Source: an uncultured virus (IMG/VR IMGVR_UViG_3300024999_000010) (Duplodnaviria; Heunggongvirae; Uroviricota; Caudoviricetes). Taken from it: a DNA stretch of 64,000 nt. The stretch lies in IMG/VR virus record IMGVR_UViG_3300024999_000010; one strand, 5' to 3'. Both the position numbers and the translations under genes were made by a program. Position 1 is the stretch's first letter, and every line of letters starts with the position of its first letter. The notes below the pieces were generated by a model. The model ran no database searches, was not told the DNA's origin, and was given only the letters and a program-made list of their open reading frames with translations. Shown here one piece after another: positions 17,050 to 26,255 of this stretch.

Positions 17050-17746
17050 TAATCCCGTATTTTTCTTCGGCTTGAGCCGTTTTGAGATTGTGCTCAAACT
17101 GTATCATCGGATCGCTTGAGTAGTGCCCACAATCACCGTGGCACCACGATTCACAATTAAAGCAAAACCCGGAATCAATCTTACGTTGGATATCTTCAGC
17201 CTCTGCCTTCCCCCTCGCCTCTTTTCTTGCCGGTGCGCCTTCCCATTTTCCCCGAGCCGCAATGATGAGCCCTAACAGCTGATCGTCTGTTTGATCGCGC
17301 CTATCAACATCGTGCCCCGACTCAAGCCTATCCCGGCACTCTGCCAAAATCTCAGTATCCGGCCTGGTGATATCCCCGCGCCACTCGCACGGCGAGAAAT
17401 CGCCCCATCCGCGAGAAGACAGGTAAATTGTTACCATCTTCTTTTCCTGCTCGGCCCGCGCTTGGACTTCGGCCTTTTCCGCTTGCCCCGCTGGCGTCTT
17501 TTCCCAATCCTCATGAGTTCCGGCCCAAAGGCCGTTGGGGTTGTCGCCAAGGCGAGTAAAATATTCCGCCGGGATGGCGCTAAACTTTTTATCCCGTACC
17601 AGCCCTGCTACCCGCTTCTTTTCGTCGGGATCAGTAACCCCAAGTAGAGGGCTTCCGCTGGTTGTCCAGATCGTCCCGTCAGCTTTGATTATTGCGGGGA
17701 TCGTGAGAGCTATTTTTCCGTTTCTTGCGGCCACTATCGTTTCCAT
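17036..17746 (-). CDS. hypothetical protein, C-terminal CxxC..CHGDC
   Basis: GGAGG RBS, GC-rich ORF, own promoter. Confidence 0.65.
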   Translation of the reverse strand: METIVAARNGKIALTIPAIIKADGTIWTTSGSPLLGVTDPDEKKRVAGLVRDKKFSAIPAEYFTRLGDNPNGLWAGTHEDWEKTPAGQAEKAEVQARAEQEKKMVTIYLSSRGWGDFSPCEWRGDITRPDTEILAECRDRLESGHDVDRRDQTDDQLLGLIIAARGKWEGAPARKEARGKAEAEDIQRKIDSGFCFNCESWCHGDCGHYSSDPMIQFEHNLKTAQAEEKYGINDEG

Positions 17747-17780
17747 GATTTCCTCCCTAGTTGAGTTGATTTCTTCCTCT

Positions 17781-17821
17781 CTATAATTAAAATATATATC
17801 CTTTTCAAATAAAAGTAAAGG
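17781..17821 (-). promoter_or_regulatory. early promoter, copy 1 of a 41-bp repeat
   Basis: 38/41 identical to 18929-18969; TTTACT-17bp-TATATT on the minus strand. Confidence 0.65.
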
Positions 17822-17837
17822 GTAAATACAATCTTTT

Positions 17838-18320
17838 TTAAAATAAATTTCTCAATTCTTCAAAAGCCTCATCAATCCTAATTTTTTTGATTCCCTTGCT
17901 AGCTAAAAATTCCTTGATTTTTCCCTTGATTGAATAATAGGAGGTATCGGCAGCAATCCCCATAATTTCGGCAGGGCCAGAAAAGATAATATCTGCTATC
18001 AATCGTGCCTCTTCTCCTAAATTGTTCATCAAATGCCGAAAAACAGCCGTATTTTCCGTGTTAATCGACTTAGCCATTTCTTCATATTCCTCGCAAACAT
18101 TTTCCCTTTGATCTTTAACAAAATCACATAATGCTCTGGTGACATAATGGTGGACGCAGGTTGATAATTTCCCCCTGGAAGGATCATAATTATCAACAGC
18201 AATACAAAGAGCCAAAAGGGCTTCAGATTTTAATTCCTCAAAATCTATTCCGGTTGTCCGGCAAAATGACCAAGCTAAAGAATGAGCCTGATTGATGTGT
18301 TTTGTAGCCAGAATATTCAT
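17838..18320 (-). CDS. sigma70-family region 2-like transcription factor
   Basis: FEELKSEALLALCIAVDNYDPSRGKLST matches the region-2 pattern (..A...YDP.RG..ST). Confidence 0.7.
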   Translation of the reverse strand: MNILATKHINQAHSLAWSFCRTTGIDFEELKSEALLALCIAVDNYDPSRGKLSTCVHHYVTRALCDFVKDQRENVCEEYEEMAKSINTENTAVFRHLMNNLGEEARLIADIIFSGPAEIMGIAADTSYYSIKGKIKEFLASKGIKKIRIDEAFEELRNLF

Positions 18321-18503
18321 TTTTTGTCCTTGCCCTTTGAAATGAGTTCTTTGCATTTCTCAAAATCCTCCATTAATTTTTCAAAGCATTTTTCACAAAT
18401 CCCGTGAGAAAGCCCGCCTTGGGTTCCCTTGGAATCAATTACCCGGATGAAAGTGGTACAGTATGAGCATTGCACAACCAGGATGTTAGATTGTTTGGTC
18501 ATT

Positions 18504-18707
18504 TTATAAACAAAAGTTTGAAAGATGATTTTCAGGATAAGAAATGATAAAGGGTAATGGCCCATTTTGTGTTGAATCAATTGAATACCAAACCTTTCCG
18601 TCATTTCCATAATGCGAGAATTTAATACTTACAAATTCCCCAATTTTAAAATGGGCACAAGAAACAGTAGCTTTTGCCGTTACGTACAATTCTTTTTTAG
18701 ATTTCAT
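18504..18707 (-). CDS. hypothetical protein
   Basis: AAGGAG RBS. Confidence 0.55.
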   Translation of the reverse strand: MKSKKELYVTAKATVSCAHFKIGEFVSIKFSHYGNDGKVWYSIDSTQNGPLPFIISYPENHLSNFCL

Positions 18708-18928
18708 AAATTCTCCTTTGGGCAGTTTAGAGTCATACCCAGGATGGTTTTTAATTACCGGCTTCTGTGTTGACCTTTCTGCATCCTGATCGGCTTGGTT
18801 GAATTTCCGTTTGCTTTCTGGATGAGAATTGCTTGCTCTAAAGTTTCCGCTTCACAACAACTTCCGTCCGCGAAGTAATAAGTATTTATTCTCATTTTGT
18901 CCTCCTTAAAGGTTTGTTTTTCTCTTCC

Positions 18929-18969
18929 CTATAATTTAAATATATATCCTTTTCAAAAAAAAGAAAAGG
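18929..18969 (-). promoter_or_regulatory. early promoter, copy 2 of the 41-bp repeat, at the divergent early/late junction
   Basis: Near-identical to 17781-17821. Confidence 0.65.
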
Positions 18970-19079
18970 AAAAAGTAAGAAAAAAGAGGAAAAAAGCCAA
19001 AAAAAATTCAACCACTTTATTTTCTTAATAAAATCCTATATATTTAAGATAAATAAGTCATTCAACCCTAATAAAAAGA

Positions 19080-19649
19080 TTGAAAATGGTCCGAACAAAA
19101 ACAAAAATTCCCTCCAAACCGATTAAAAAGGCTAGAAAGAAGCCCCAAAGAGTATCCCCTATCCCTAAACAGCCAGAAGGCAGGCCCCCTATATATGATT
19201 CTAAGGTTCACCCGGAATTAGCTCATAAGTTTTGTCTATTGGGTTGTACTAACGAAAGATTGGGACAATTGTTGGGTGTATCTACGATTAGCATAGAAAA
19301 TTGGATAAGACAATATGATGAGTTTTTTAGGGCCATAAAGGAAGGGAGGGAGATTGCAGACGCTAACGTGGCCAAATCCCTATATCATAGAGCCTGCGGA
19401 TACACCCATGAGGATGTCCATATATCAGCTTATCAAGGGGAAGTGCTTATTACCCCAATTGTAAAACATTATCCGCCTGATGTTGGGGCGGCGACTCTTT
19501 GGTTGACTAATCGCACAAAACAATTATCACCTGATAAACGTTGGACAGTAAATCAGCAACAAGAAATATCTGGCCCTAATGGCGAACCACTCCAGGCTGG
19601 TAATGTTGTCGTGATCCTTCCTCCTGAACGGAGTTTGAATAATGGGTGA
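19080..19649 (+). CDS. terS: terminase small subunit
   Basis: GRPPIY, LLGCT..LG..LGVS..I..W, ADANVAKSLYHRACGY, HYPPD; upstream of terL. Confidence 0.88.
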   Translation: MKMVRTKTKIPSKPIKKARKKPQRVSPIPKQPEGRPPIYDSKVHPELAHKFCLLGCTNERLGQLLGVSTISIENWIRQYDEFFRAIKEGREIADANVAKSLYHRACGYTHEDVHISAYQGEVLITPIVKHYPPDVGAATLWLTNRTKQLSPDKRWTVNQQQEISGPNGEPLQAGNVVVILPPERSLNNG

Positions 19650-21051
19650 AGCCTGCCCCAAACAGGATTTGATTGAGATCCGCCCTCAGCCTGGACCGCA
19701 GACAGATTTCTTGCAGTGTCCGGCTGATGTTGTATTTTTCGGAGGGAGTGCTGGGGGCGGAAAAAGTTTTGCGTTATTGTTAAAGCCTCTTTATAACTTT
19801 AATAATTCCAAGTTTGGCGCGGTAATATTCAGGAGAACAACAAAGCAAATCCAGGAAGAAGGCGCATTGTGGGATGAAGCAACCGGGCTTTATACCCCAC
19901 TTGGCGCAAAATCAAACGAGAATAAATTAAAGTTTACCTTTTTAACAGGAATGAGAGTTGCATTTGCTCATATGCAACATGAAAAGGATAGGTTCGATTG
20001 GCAAGGATCACAGATTCCGCTTATTGGATTTGATGAAATAACTCATTTTACCTGGAAACAGTTTTCTTATATGTACTCTAGAAACCGTTCTGCTTCTGGG
20101 GTATCTGGGAAAATTCTTGGAACTTGTAATCCTGATCCTGATAGTTGGGTACGACAATTTATTGATTGGTATATAGGAGAGGATGGATTTGTAATTAAAT
20201 CTCGCTCTGGGGTAATTCGTTGGTTTGTTCTTGATGGAGATCAGGTTGTTTGGGCATCGACAAGGCAAGAACTGGTCGATAAATACCCAATGTTGATTCC
20301 TTCAAGTTTTACGTTTATCCGTTCTTCTGTATTTGATAATCGGATTTTGTTGGAGAAAGACCCCGCATATTTATCTAAACTTCACGCCCTCCCAAGGGTA
20401 GAGCGGGCACAACTCCTTGAAGGAAATTGGAATATTCGCCCCTCTGCCGGTATGTTTTTTCGGCGCTCTGATTTTGAAATTGTTTCAGCTATTCCGGCAG
20501 GTGGTAAAAGAGTAAGAGCTTGGGACTTAGCCGGGACAAAGGCCGATCCAGTAGAAAAGAAAATCCGGGAAAAGGCAGATGGGCCAGCTTGGACTGTTGG
20601 GGTTAAAATGGTTAAAGTTGGCGGTATTTATTTTATTGAGGATATTGAGCGTAGCCAAATTGATTCAAGCAAAGTCCTTTCAACAATAAAGAATACAGCT
20701 TCACAGGACGGGACAAAAACGAAAGTACGGATTCCGCAAGATCCAGGACAGGCCGGGAAATCTCAGGCCAAACATTTTATTTCTGAAATGGCTGGATATA
20801 ATATTGTTTCATATCCTGTTTCCGGGAGTAAGGAGACAAGAGCAACTCCATTATCAGCACAAGCACAAGCAGGTAATGTTAAATTGTTAAGGGGTAGTTG
20901 GAACGAATCTTTTCTTTTGGAAGCTGAAAACTTTCCTGATGGGACAAAGGACCAGATTGATGCCGCCTCAGATGCATTTGATGAATTGACCAATGTTAAA
21001 ATGGCTGGTGTTTGGGGATCAAAACCTAAAGTGAGCATTGCTCAAAGATGA
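19642..21051 (+). CDS. terL: terminase large subunit
   Basis: GGSAGGGKS, FDEITHF, TCNP, RAWDLA, DQIDA. Confidence 0.95.
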   Translation: MGEACPKQDLIEIRPQPGPQTDFLQCPADVVFFGGSAGGGKSFALLLKPLYNFNNSKFGAVIFRRTTKQIQEEGALWDEATGLYTPLGAKSNENKLKFTFLTGMRVAFAHMQHEKDRFDWQGSQIPLIGFDEITHFTWKQFSYMYSRNRSASGVSGKILGTCNPDPDSWVRQFIDWYIGEDGFVIKSRSGVIRWFVLDGDQVVWASTRQELVDKYPMLIPSSFTFIRSSVFDNRILLEKDPAYLSKLHALPRVERAQLLEGNWNIRPSAGMFFRRSDFEIVSAIPAGGKRVRAWDLAGTKADPVEKKIREKADGPAWTVGVKMVKVGGIYFIEDIERSQIDSSKVLSTIKNTASQDGTKTKVRIPQDPGQAGKSQAKHFISEMAGYNIVSYPVSGSKETRATPLSAQAQAGNVKLLRGSWNESFLLEAENFPDGTKDQIDAASDAFDELTNVKMAGVWGSKPKVSIAQR

Positions 21052-21779
21052 ATGCAATAGCGGTAATTCCAGCAAGATTTGCGTCAACAAGGTTCCCCGG
21101 TAAACCTCTTGCCTTGATTGCTGGTTGGCCAATGGTTCTTCATGTTTATAAGCGGGCCAGGGAGATAAAAAGGGTTGATGGGGTAATTGTTGCAACTGAT
21201 AGTGATTTAATTGTTAAAACAGTTACGGATGCTGGCGGGGTTGCAATATTCACTTCTCAGGATCATCAATCGGGAACAGATAGAGTTGCAGAAATAACAA
21301 ACGGAATGCCTTCCGATAGGATTGTTTTAAATATTCAAGGTGACCTTCCTTTTGTTGATCCAAGAGTTTGCGAACAGCTTATTCAATGCCTGTTTGATAA
21401 TCCAAATATTGATATAGCAACTCCGGTGATTGCTCAAGGAGTAGGACAGCAGAGAGATTTTCTTGATTCAAATACGGTAAAGTCTGTTTTTGATTTGAAT
21501 AATAAGGCATTGTATTTTTCTCGTAGACCAATTCCTGATTCAACTCCTTATCCGGTTGATCAGTTCCCAATTTGGCATAAGCATATTGGGATTTATGCAT
21601 ATAGAAATGAGGTATTGCAAAAGGTATCTAAATTGAAACCAACCAAACTTGAGCAATATGAAAGGTTGGAACAATTAAGATGGCTGGAGAATGGTATAAA
21701 TGTTCAATGTGTAGTTGTTAATAATGATTGCGGTCCTGATATAAATTGTCCCGCTGATTTAAAAAGGTTGAATAGATGA
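21048..21779 (+). CDS. kdsB: 3-deoxy-manno-octulosonate cytidylyltransferase (CMP-Kdo synthetase)
   Basis: IPARFASTRFPGKPL, VATD, SGTDR, NIQGD, ALYFSR, HIGIYAY, LEQLR. Confidence 0.93.
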   Translation: MNAIAVIPARFASTRFPGKPLALIAGWPMVLHVYKRAREIKRVDGVIVATDSDLIVKTVTDAGGVAIFTSQDHQSGTDRVAEITNGMPSDRIVLNIQGDLPFVDPRVCEQLIQCLFDNPNIDIATPVIAQGVGQQRDFLDSNTVKSVFDLNNKALYFSRRPIPDSTPYPVDQFPIWHKHIGIYAYRNEVLQKVSKLKPTKLEQYERLEQLRWLENGINVQCVVVNNDCGPDINCPADLKRLNR

Positions 21780-23266
21780 ATAGAACAAAGCCAAAACAAG
21801 TTGTAAATGTAAAAGATGAAGCAAGAAAAATGCTTCGTGCCTCTATTCATCGTGTTTTGTCTTCTTCATTGCTTACTTCCAGGGCTTCTTTGGCTCACAA
21901 ATTGGGCCAGTCCTTTCATGGTAAAAGGGATTTGTATGAGGCTCTTGGTTATCCTCAATTAAATGAAATAGTATTTGAAGATTATTACGGTAAGTATCGC
22001 CGGGGAGATATAGCGGCCAGAATTATAGACGCTCCTGTGGAAGGTGCTTGGCAGTCCATGCCGGAAGTGATTGAATCAGTTGATAATGAAACTGCCTTTG
22101 AAAAGGAATGGAGTGAGCTTGAAAAGAAACATCATATTTATTCAACATTGATTCGTTTGGAGAAATTGACCAGGATTGGTCAATATGGGGTTTTGTTGTT
22201 TGGATTTTCCGACGTTAAAACAAAAGAGGATATGGCTAAACCTGTAACCGGGAAGGTTGAATTGCTTTATCTTCAGCCTTATTCAGAGGGTAATGCTACA
22301 ATAAAAAGTTGGGATAGAAACCCAGGCTCAGAGCGATATGGGAAGCCGGAAGTATATCAACTTTCATATACTGAGCCGGGAAGTAATGCGAAGATTACGA
22401 ATGATTTATTGGTTCATCATTCAAGGCTTTTGCATGTAACAGAGGGACTGCTTGAATCAAATATATTTGCCCTTCCCATATTGGAAAGGATTTACAATCG
22501 TCTGTTAAATCTTGAATTGATTGTTGGTGGTTCGGCAGAAATGTTCTGGCAAGGGGCATTTCCCGGATTTGCCTTTGAGGCTGAAGCCGATGCGGATTTA
22601 ACCGCAACTGCATCCGAATTGGAAGATGAAATTGATTTGTATGTTCATGATTTTAAGCGGTATATGAAATTACAGGGGATCAAGGTTAACAATTTATCTC
22701 CCGAAGTAGCTGACCCTTCTAAACATGTTGATGTACAATTATTGATGATTTCAATTGCAACTGGTATCCCTAAAAGGATTCTGGAAGGCTCAGAGCGGGG
22801 AGAATTAGCCTCTTCCCAGGATGAAGGGCATTGGAATGATAAATTGGAAAATAGGAGAATCTATTTTATTAATCCATTTATCCTTGAACCGGTTATCAAT
22901 AAACTTGTTGAAAATAAAGTAATTGCGGCTCCTGGAAGTGATGGATATGAAATTGAGTGGGCTGATTTGTCTGCCCCTTCTGACAAGGATAAGGCTGATG
23001 TTGGTAAAGTACGATCTGATTCAATAAAGAATTATGCAACTGCTCCTGATACTGAATTGTTGATTCCATTCGATTCTTTCCTTGAAGAGATTCTTGATTT
23101 GGATTCTGAGAAAGTAAAAAGGATTATGGATGCAAGGGAAAAGCAGAATGAAACGCTTATTCAGGATGATGGTGAAGGGGATGACGATCTTATAGGCCAG
23201 GAAGGTGGTAAATCAGCCGTCCCTGCGACTTCTGGAGAAAATGAAGGGGAAGGTACAGGGGAATAA
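21776..23266 (+). CDS. portal protein (DUF1073-like)
   Basis: IAARIIDAP, YGKPEVY, VHHSR, ATGIPKRIL; position after terminase. Confidence 0.88.
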   Translation: MNRTKPKQVVNVKDEARKMLRASIHRVLSSSLLTSRASLAHKLGQSFHGKRDLYEALGYPQLNEIVFEDYYGKYRRGDIAARIIDAPVEGAWQSMPEVIESVDNETAFEKEWSELEKKHHIYSTLIRLEKLTRIGQYGVLLFGFSDVKTKEDMAKPVTGKVELLYLQPYSEGNATIKSWDRNPGSERYGKPEVYQLSYTEPGSNAKITNDLLVHHSRLLHVTEGLLESNIFALPILERIYNRLLNLELIVGGSAEMFWQGAFPGFAFEAEADADLTATASELEDEIDLYVHDFKRYMKLQGIKVNNLSPEVADPSKHVDVQLLMISIATGIPKRILEGSERGELASSQDEGHWNDKLENRRIYFINPFILEPVINKLVENKVIAAPGSDGYEIEWADLSAPSDKDKADVGKVRSDSIKNYATAPDTELLIPFDSFLEEILDLDSEKVKRIMDAREKQNETLIQDDGEGDDDLIGQEGGKSAVPATSGENEGEGTGE

Positions 23267-23270
23267 GAAA

Positions 23271-24245
23271 ATGGAATGTAGCTGCTGTACAGCCCCCTTA
23301 AATGGCATAAGAATAAATCAGGTTGATCCAACTCGTACTTTAACATTAAGAAATCGGTTTGTTAAAGAAATGAGAAGGAGATTCAATCAACTTGCTAAAG
23401 TAATCAGAATTTCGATTGTTGATAATGATTGTTTTGGCCTGAATACTCCGGCTAGGATTAGGACAAATATTGAGGCTGGTCCTGCTCAATTTGATTATGC
23501 ATTATCCTCTGATAAAATATCGGAGTTTATGCGCTGGTTGCAGGATCAATATCAGGAATACATTCTTTCAGGCGGTACAAGGGGAATTAAGATTATTTCT
23601 CCTACAGGAAGAGTGACAGAAGCAAATTGGACCGATATTTATATCCAAGCGGCCTATCAGCGAGGATTACAGAGGGGCAGACAGGAATTAAGGAATGCCG
23701 GTATTGACATTCCTAATTTTGGGGATATGCCCGGTGAAGATTCATTAACAGTTGTATTTAATCAACCCTTTAATGTTGAAAGGGTTGGGTTGTTATATAT
23801 TAGGACATTTACTGATTTACAGGGCATTACCACTGCTATGGATACAATGATTTCCAGGGCACTGGCTCAGGGGATGGCTGAAGGTCGCGGGCCTATGGAA
23901 TTGGCCTCTATTTTGGACAAGATCATTACCGGAATGGGGGAGGATTTTGGGATATTTGACTCATTGGGCAGATGGATACCCGGAAGGAGAAGGGCAGAAA
24001 TATTGGCCAGGACAGAAATAATCCGCGCTCATCATATGGCTACAATATCGGAATATGAAAGGGCTGGATTGTTAGGTGTTAAAGTAAAAGCTGAATGGTC
24101 AACCGCTCGGGATACTAGAGTTTGTAGTATTTGTGCCCCGATGAATGGAAGGGTATTTGATATTCAGCGAATTAAAGGTATGATTCCTGCTCACCCACAA
24201 TGCAGGTGCGTGGCTATTCCTTGGATTCCAGAGGTTGAACAATGA
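23271..24245 (+). CDS. minor head protein (Mu gpF/SPP1 gp7 family)
   Basis: DPTRT, ARTE, D.RVC..C, PAHPQCRC. Confidence 0.9.
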   Translation: MECSCCTAPLNGIRINQVDPTRTLTLRNRFVKEMRRRFNQLAKVIRISIVDNDCFGLNTPARIRTNIEAGPAQFDYALSSDKISEFMRWLQDQYQEYILSGGTRGIKIISPTGRVTEANWTDIYIQAAYQRGLQRGRQELRNAGIDIPNFGDMPGEDSLTVVFNQPFNVERVGLLYIRTFTDLQGITTAMDTMISRALAQGMAEGRGPMELASILDKIITGMGEDFGIFDSLGRWIPGRRRAEILARTEIIRAHHMATISEYERAGLLGVKVKAEWSTARDTRVCSICAPMNGRVFDIQRIKGMIPAHPQCRCVAIPWIPEVEQ

Positions 24246-25729
24246 AACAATTTAGAGAATTTAAAGTACATTTTTCTGGAACCGGAACAAAACGAAAACA
24301 TAATGGCCAGGATTATGCAGTTTATCCAGTTGTTATGTTGGTTGAGGGTGTCCACCACGGAGCAATTGGTGATCCTGTATTTTATCCTTCAGAGGTAATA
24401 GCTGCATCTGTCCAGGATTGGGAAAGGATGCCGATTCCGGTTTATCATCCTCAAGATAATTCTGGTGAATATTTGCTTTGTAATGATCCTATTGTTTCTA
24501 CTGAATGGTCAATTGGTTGGTTGGAAAATCCAAAGTTTGTTGACGGGAAATTGAAGGCCGACGCATGGATCAATATCGAATTGGCTAAACAGAAACAACC
24601 TGGATTGCTGGAAGCCCTTGATGCAAATGAGCCGATGGATGTGAGTACCGGCCTTTTGGCTCTTGATGATGGTGTTCCTGGAACCTGGAATGGTGAACAA
24701 TATTCGAGTTCGATTACTGAGATTATACCGGACCATCTTGCGTTGCTCCCAGGGGCGCAGGGTGCTTGTTCGTGGGATGATGGTTGTGGCGTTAGGGCCA
24801 ATATTAAACTGAATCAGGAGGATAAAAACAAGATGAAAACAAAGGTTGTGCTGGTAGTGGGCGGAACGGTAGAAATTGAGCCGGGAAAAATTAAGGAGTA
24901 TCTGGCCTCTGCCGTACACGTCCAAAATGAATTATCCCATGAGGGAATTGCAAATCAGCTTTATCAGTTTGTTGATGGGCTGGATATAAGAGGATCAGAT
25001 GGGAATTATGTATCAATGCATATGATCCAGGCTGTATATGATGATCATTTTGTATATAGCCAGCGTACTGATCAGGGACGGAAATTGTTTAAACGTGATT
25101 TCCAAATTGACGCTGATGATAAAGTTGTTATTGGCGATGACATATCTGAAGTGCGGGAAGATTTGAAATATATCCCGGTAACAAATGAGACAATTCAAGT
25201 TAAAACAAATACGGAGGAAAAGAAAATGGCTGAGAAGACCTGTTGCCCCAAGAAGGTAGCTGCACTAATCGCAAACGAGAAATCGGCTTTCACCGATGCG
25301 GATAAGGAATTTCTGGAAGGCTTGACCGAGGATCAGTTGGATAAGATTGTCAACAGCCTTGAAATGAAAGAGGAAAAGAAAGTTGAGACTGTCCCTGTGG
25401 TAAATACCGCTGTCAAGGTTGATATGAAATCTTATCTCGAATCTGCTCCTGATGAAATTCGGGCGGTGCTGAACGCTGGCCTTCGGGAGTTGGATAACAA
25501 GCGGAATGATCTGATGAAACAGATTATGGAAAATCCCAACAACATGTTTAAAGAGGATCAGCTCAGGGCTATGGACACTCAGAATCTTGAGGCCATTGCT
25601 CATCTGGCTAAACAGGCTGTTGCCGTTGAGACTCCTGCTTATTTCGGTGCAAATGGTTCTTTCACTCCGAATTCGACCGAGCCGGAAGAAGCATATGTTC
25701 CTGTAACGATGTTTAACAAGAAACAGTAA
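24242..25729 (+). CDS. capsid maturation protease/scaffold (DUF2213-like)
   Basis: VMLVEGV, YHP, VSTG, DHLALL..GACS..GCG. Confidence 0.8.
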   Translation: MKQFREFKVHFSGTGTKRKHNGQDYAVYPVVMLVEGVHHGAIGDPVFYPSEVIAASVQDWERMPIPVYHPQDNSGEYLLCNDPIVSTEWSIGWLENPKFVDGKLKADAWINIELAKQKQPGLLEALDANEPMDVSTGLLALDDGVPGTWNGEQYSSSITEIIPDHLALLPGAQGACSWDDGCGVRANIKLNQEDKNKMKTKVVLVVGGTVEIEPGKIKEYLASAVHVQNELSHEGIANQLYQFVDGLDIRGSDGNYVSMHMIQAVYDDHFVYSQRTDQGRKLFKRDFQIDADDKVVIGDDISEVREDLKYIPVTNETIQVKTNTEEKKMAEKTCCPKKVAALIANEKSAFTDADKEFLEGLTEDQLDKIVNSLEMKEEKKVETVPVVNTAVKVDMKSYLESAPDEIRAVLNAGLRELDNKRNDLMKQIMENPNNMFKEDQLRAMDTQNLEAIAHLAKQAVAVETPAYFGANGSFTPNSTEPEEAYVPVTMFNKKQ

Positions 25730-25759
25730 TCAATTTAATATTTATTGGAGGAAACAATA

Positions 25760-26227
25760 ATGGCTAACAATGCAGTAATTTTGAAAGGACATGGAATTCG
25801 TCGGGAAGCAGTCGCCAATGCGGCTATTACTCCCGGCCATCTTGTGGAACTGATGAGCACTAGCAAGGTCAGGGTTCACGCAACTGCTTCTGGTAATGCA
25901 ATTCCGATGTTTGCCGTTGAGGATGATCTTCAGGGCAACGATATCAGTGATGCATATGCCGCTGGTGATCAGGTTCAGTACAACGTAATGCAACCTGGTG
26001 AGGAAGTATATGCCTTGCTTGCCAATGGTCAGAATATCGCTGTAGGCGATTACCTGGAGTCTGCTGGTGACGGTACCCTTCAGAAATATGTGGCCGATAC
26101 CTGGGCATCTGCCGGGGCTGGCACTATCTATCCTCGTGCTATCGTGGCTATGGCTTTGGAAGCAGTGGATATGTCTGACTCGTCTGCCGCCGATCCTACT
26201 GGCCGCATTAAAGTAATGGTTGTTTAA
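25760..26227 (+). CDS. head decoration/cement protein
   Basis: AITPG, LESAGDGTL; directly upstream of the capsid gene. Confidence 0.75.
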   Translation: MANNAVILKGHGIRREAVANAAITPGHLVELMSTSKVRVHATASGNAIPMFAVEDDLQGNDISDAYAAGDQVQYNVMQPGEEVYALLANGQNIAVGDYLESAGDGTLQKYVADTWASAGAGTIYPRAIVAMALEAVDMSDSSAADPTGRIKVMVV

Positions 26228-26255
26228 GGTTAATCAATTTAAAAGGAGATATATT

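Noticed and set aside
21776..23266. Anti-CBASS Acb1 label sometimes attached to DUF1073 proteins
   Set aside because: Position and motifs indicate a portal; no HxT/2H phosphoesterase domain is visible.
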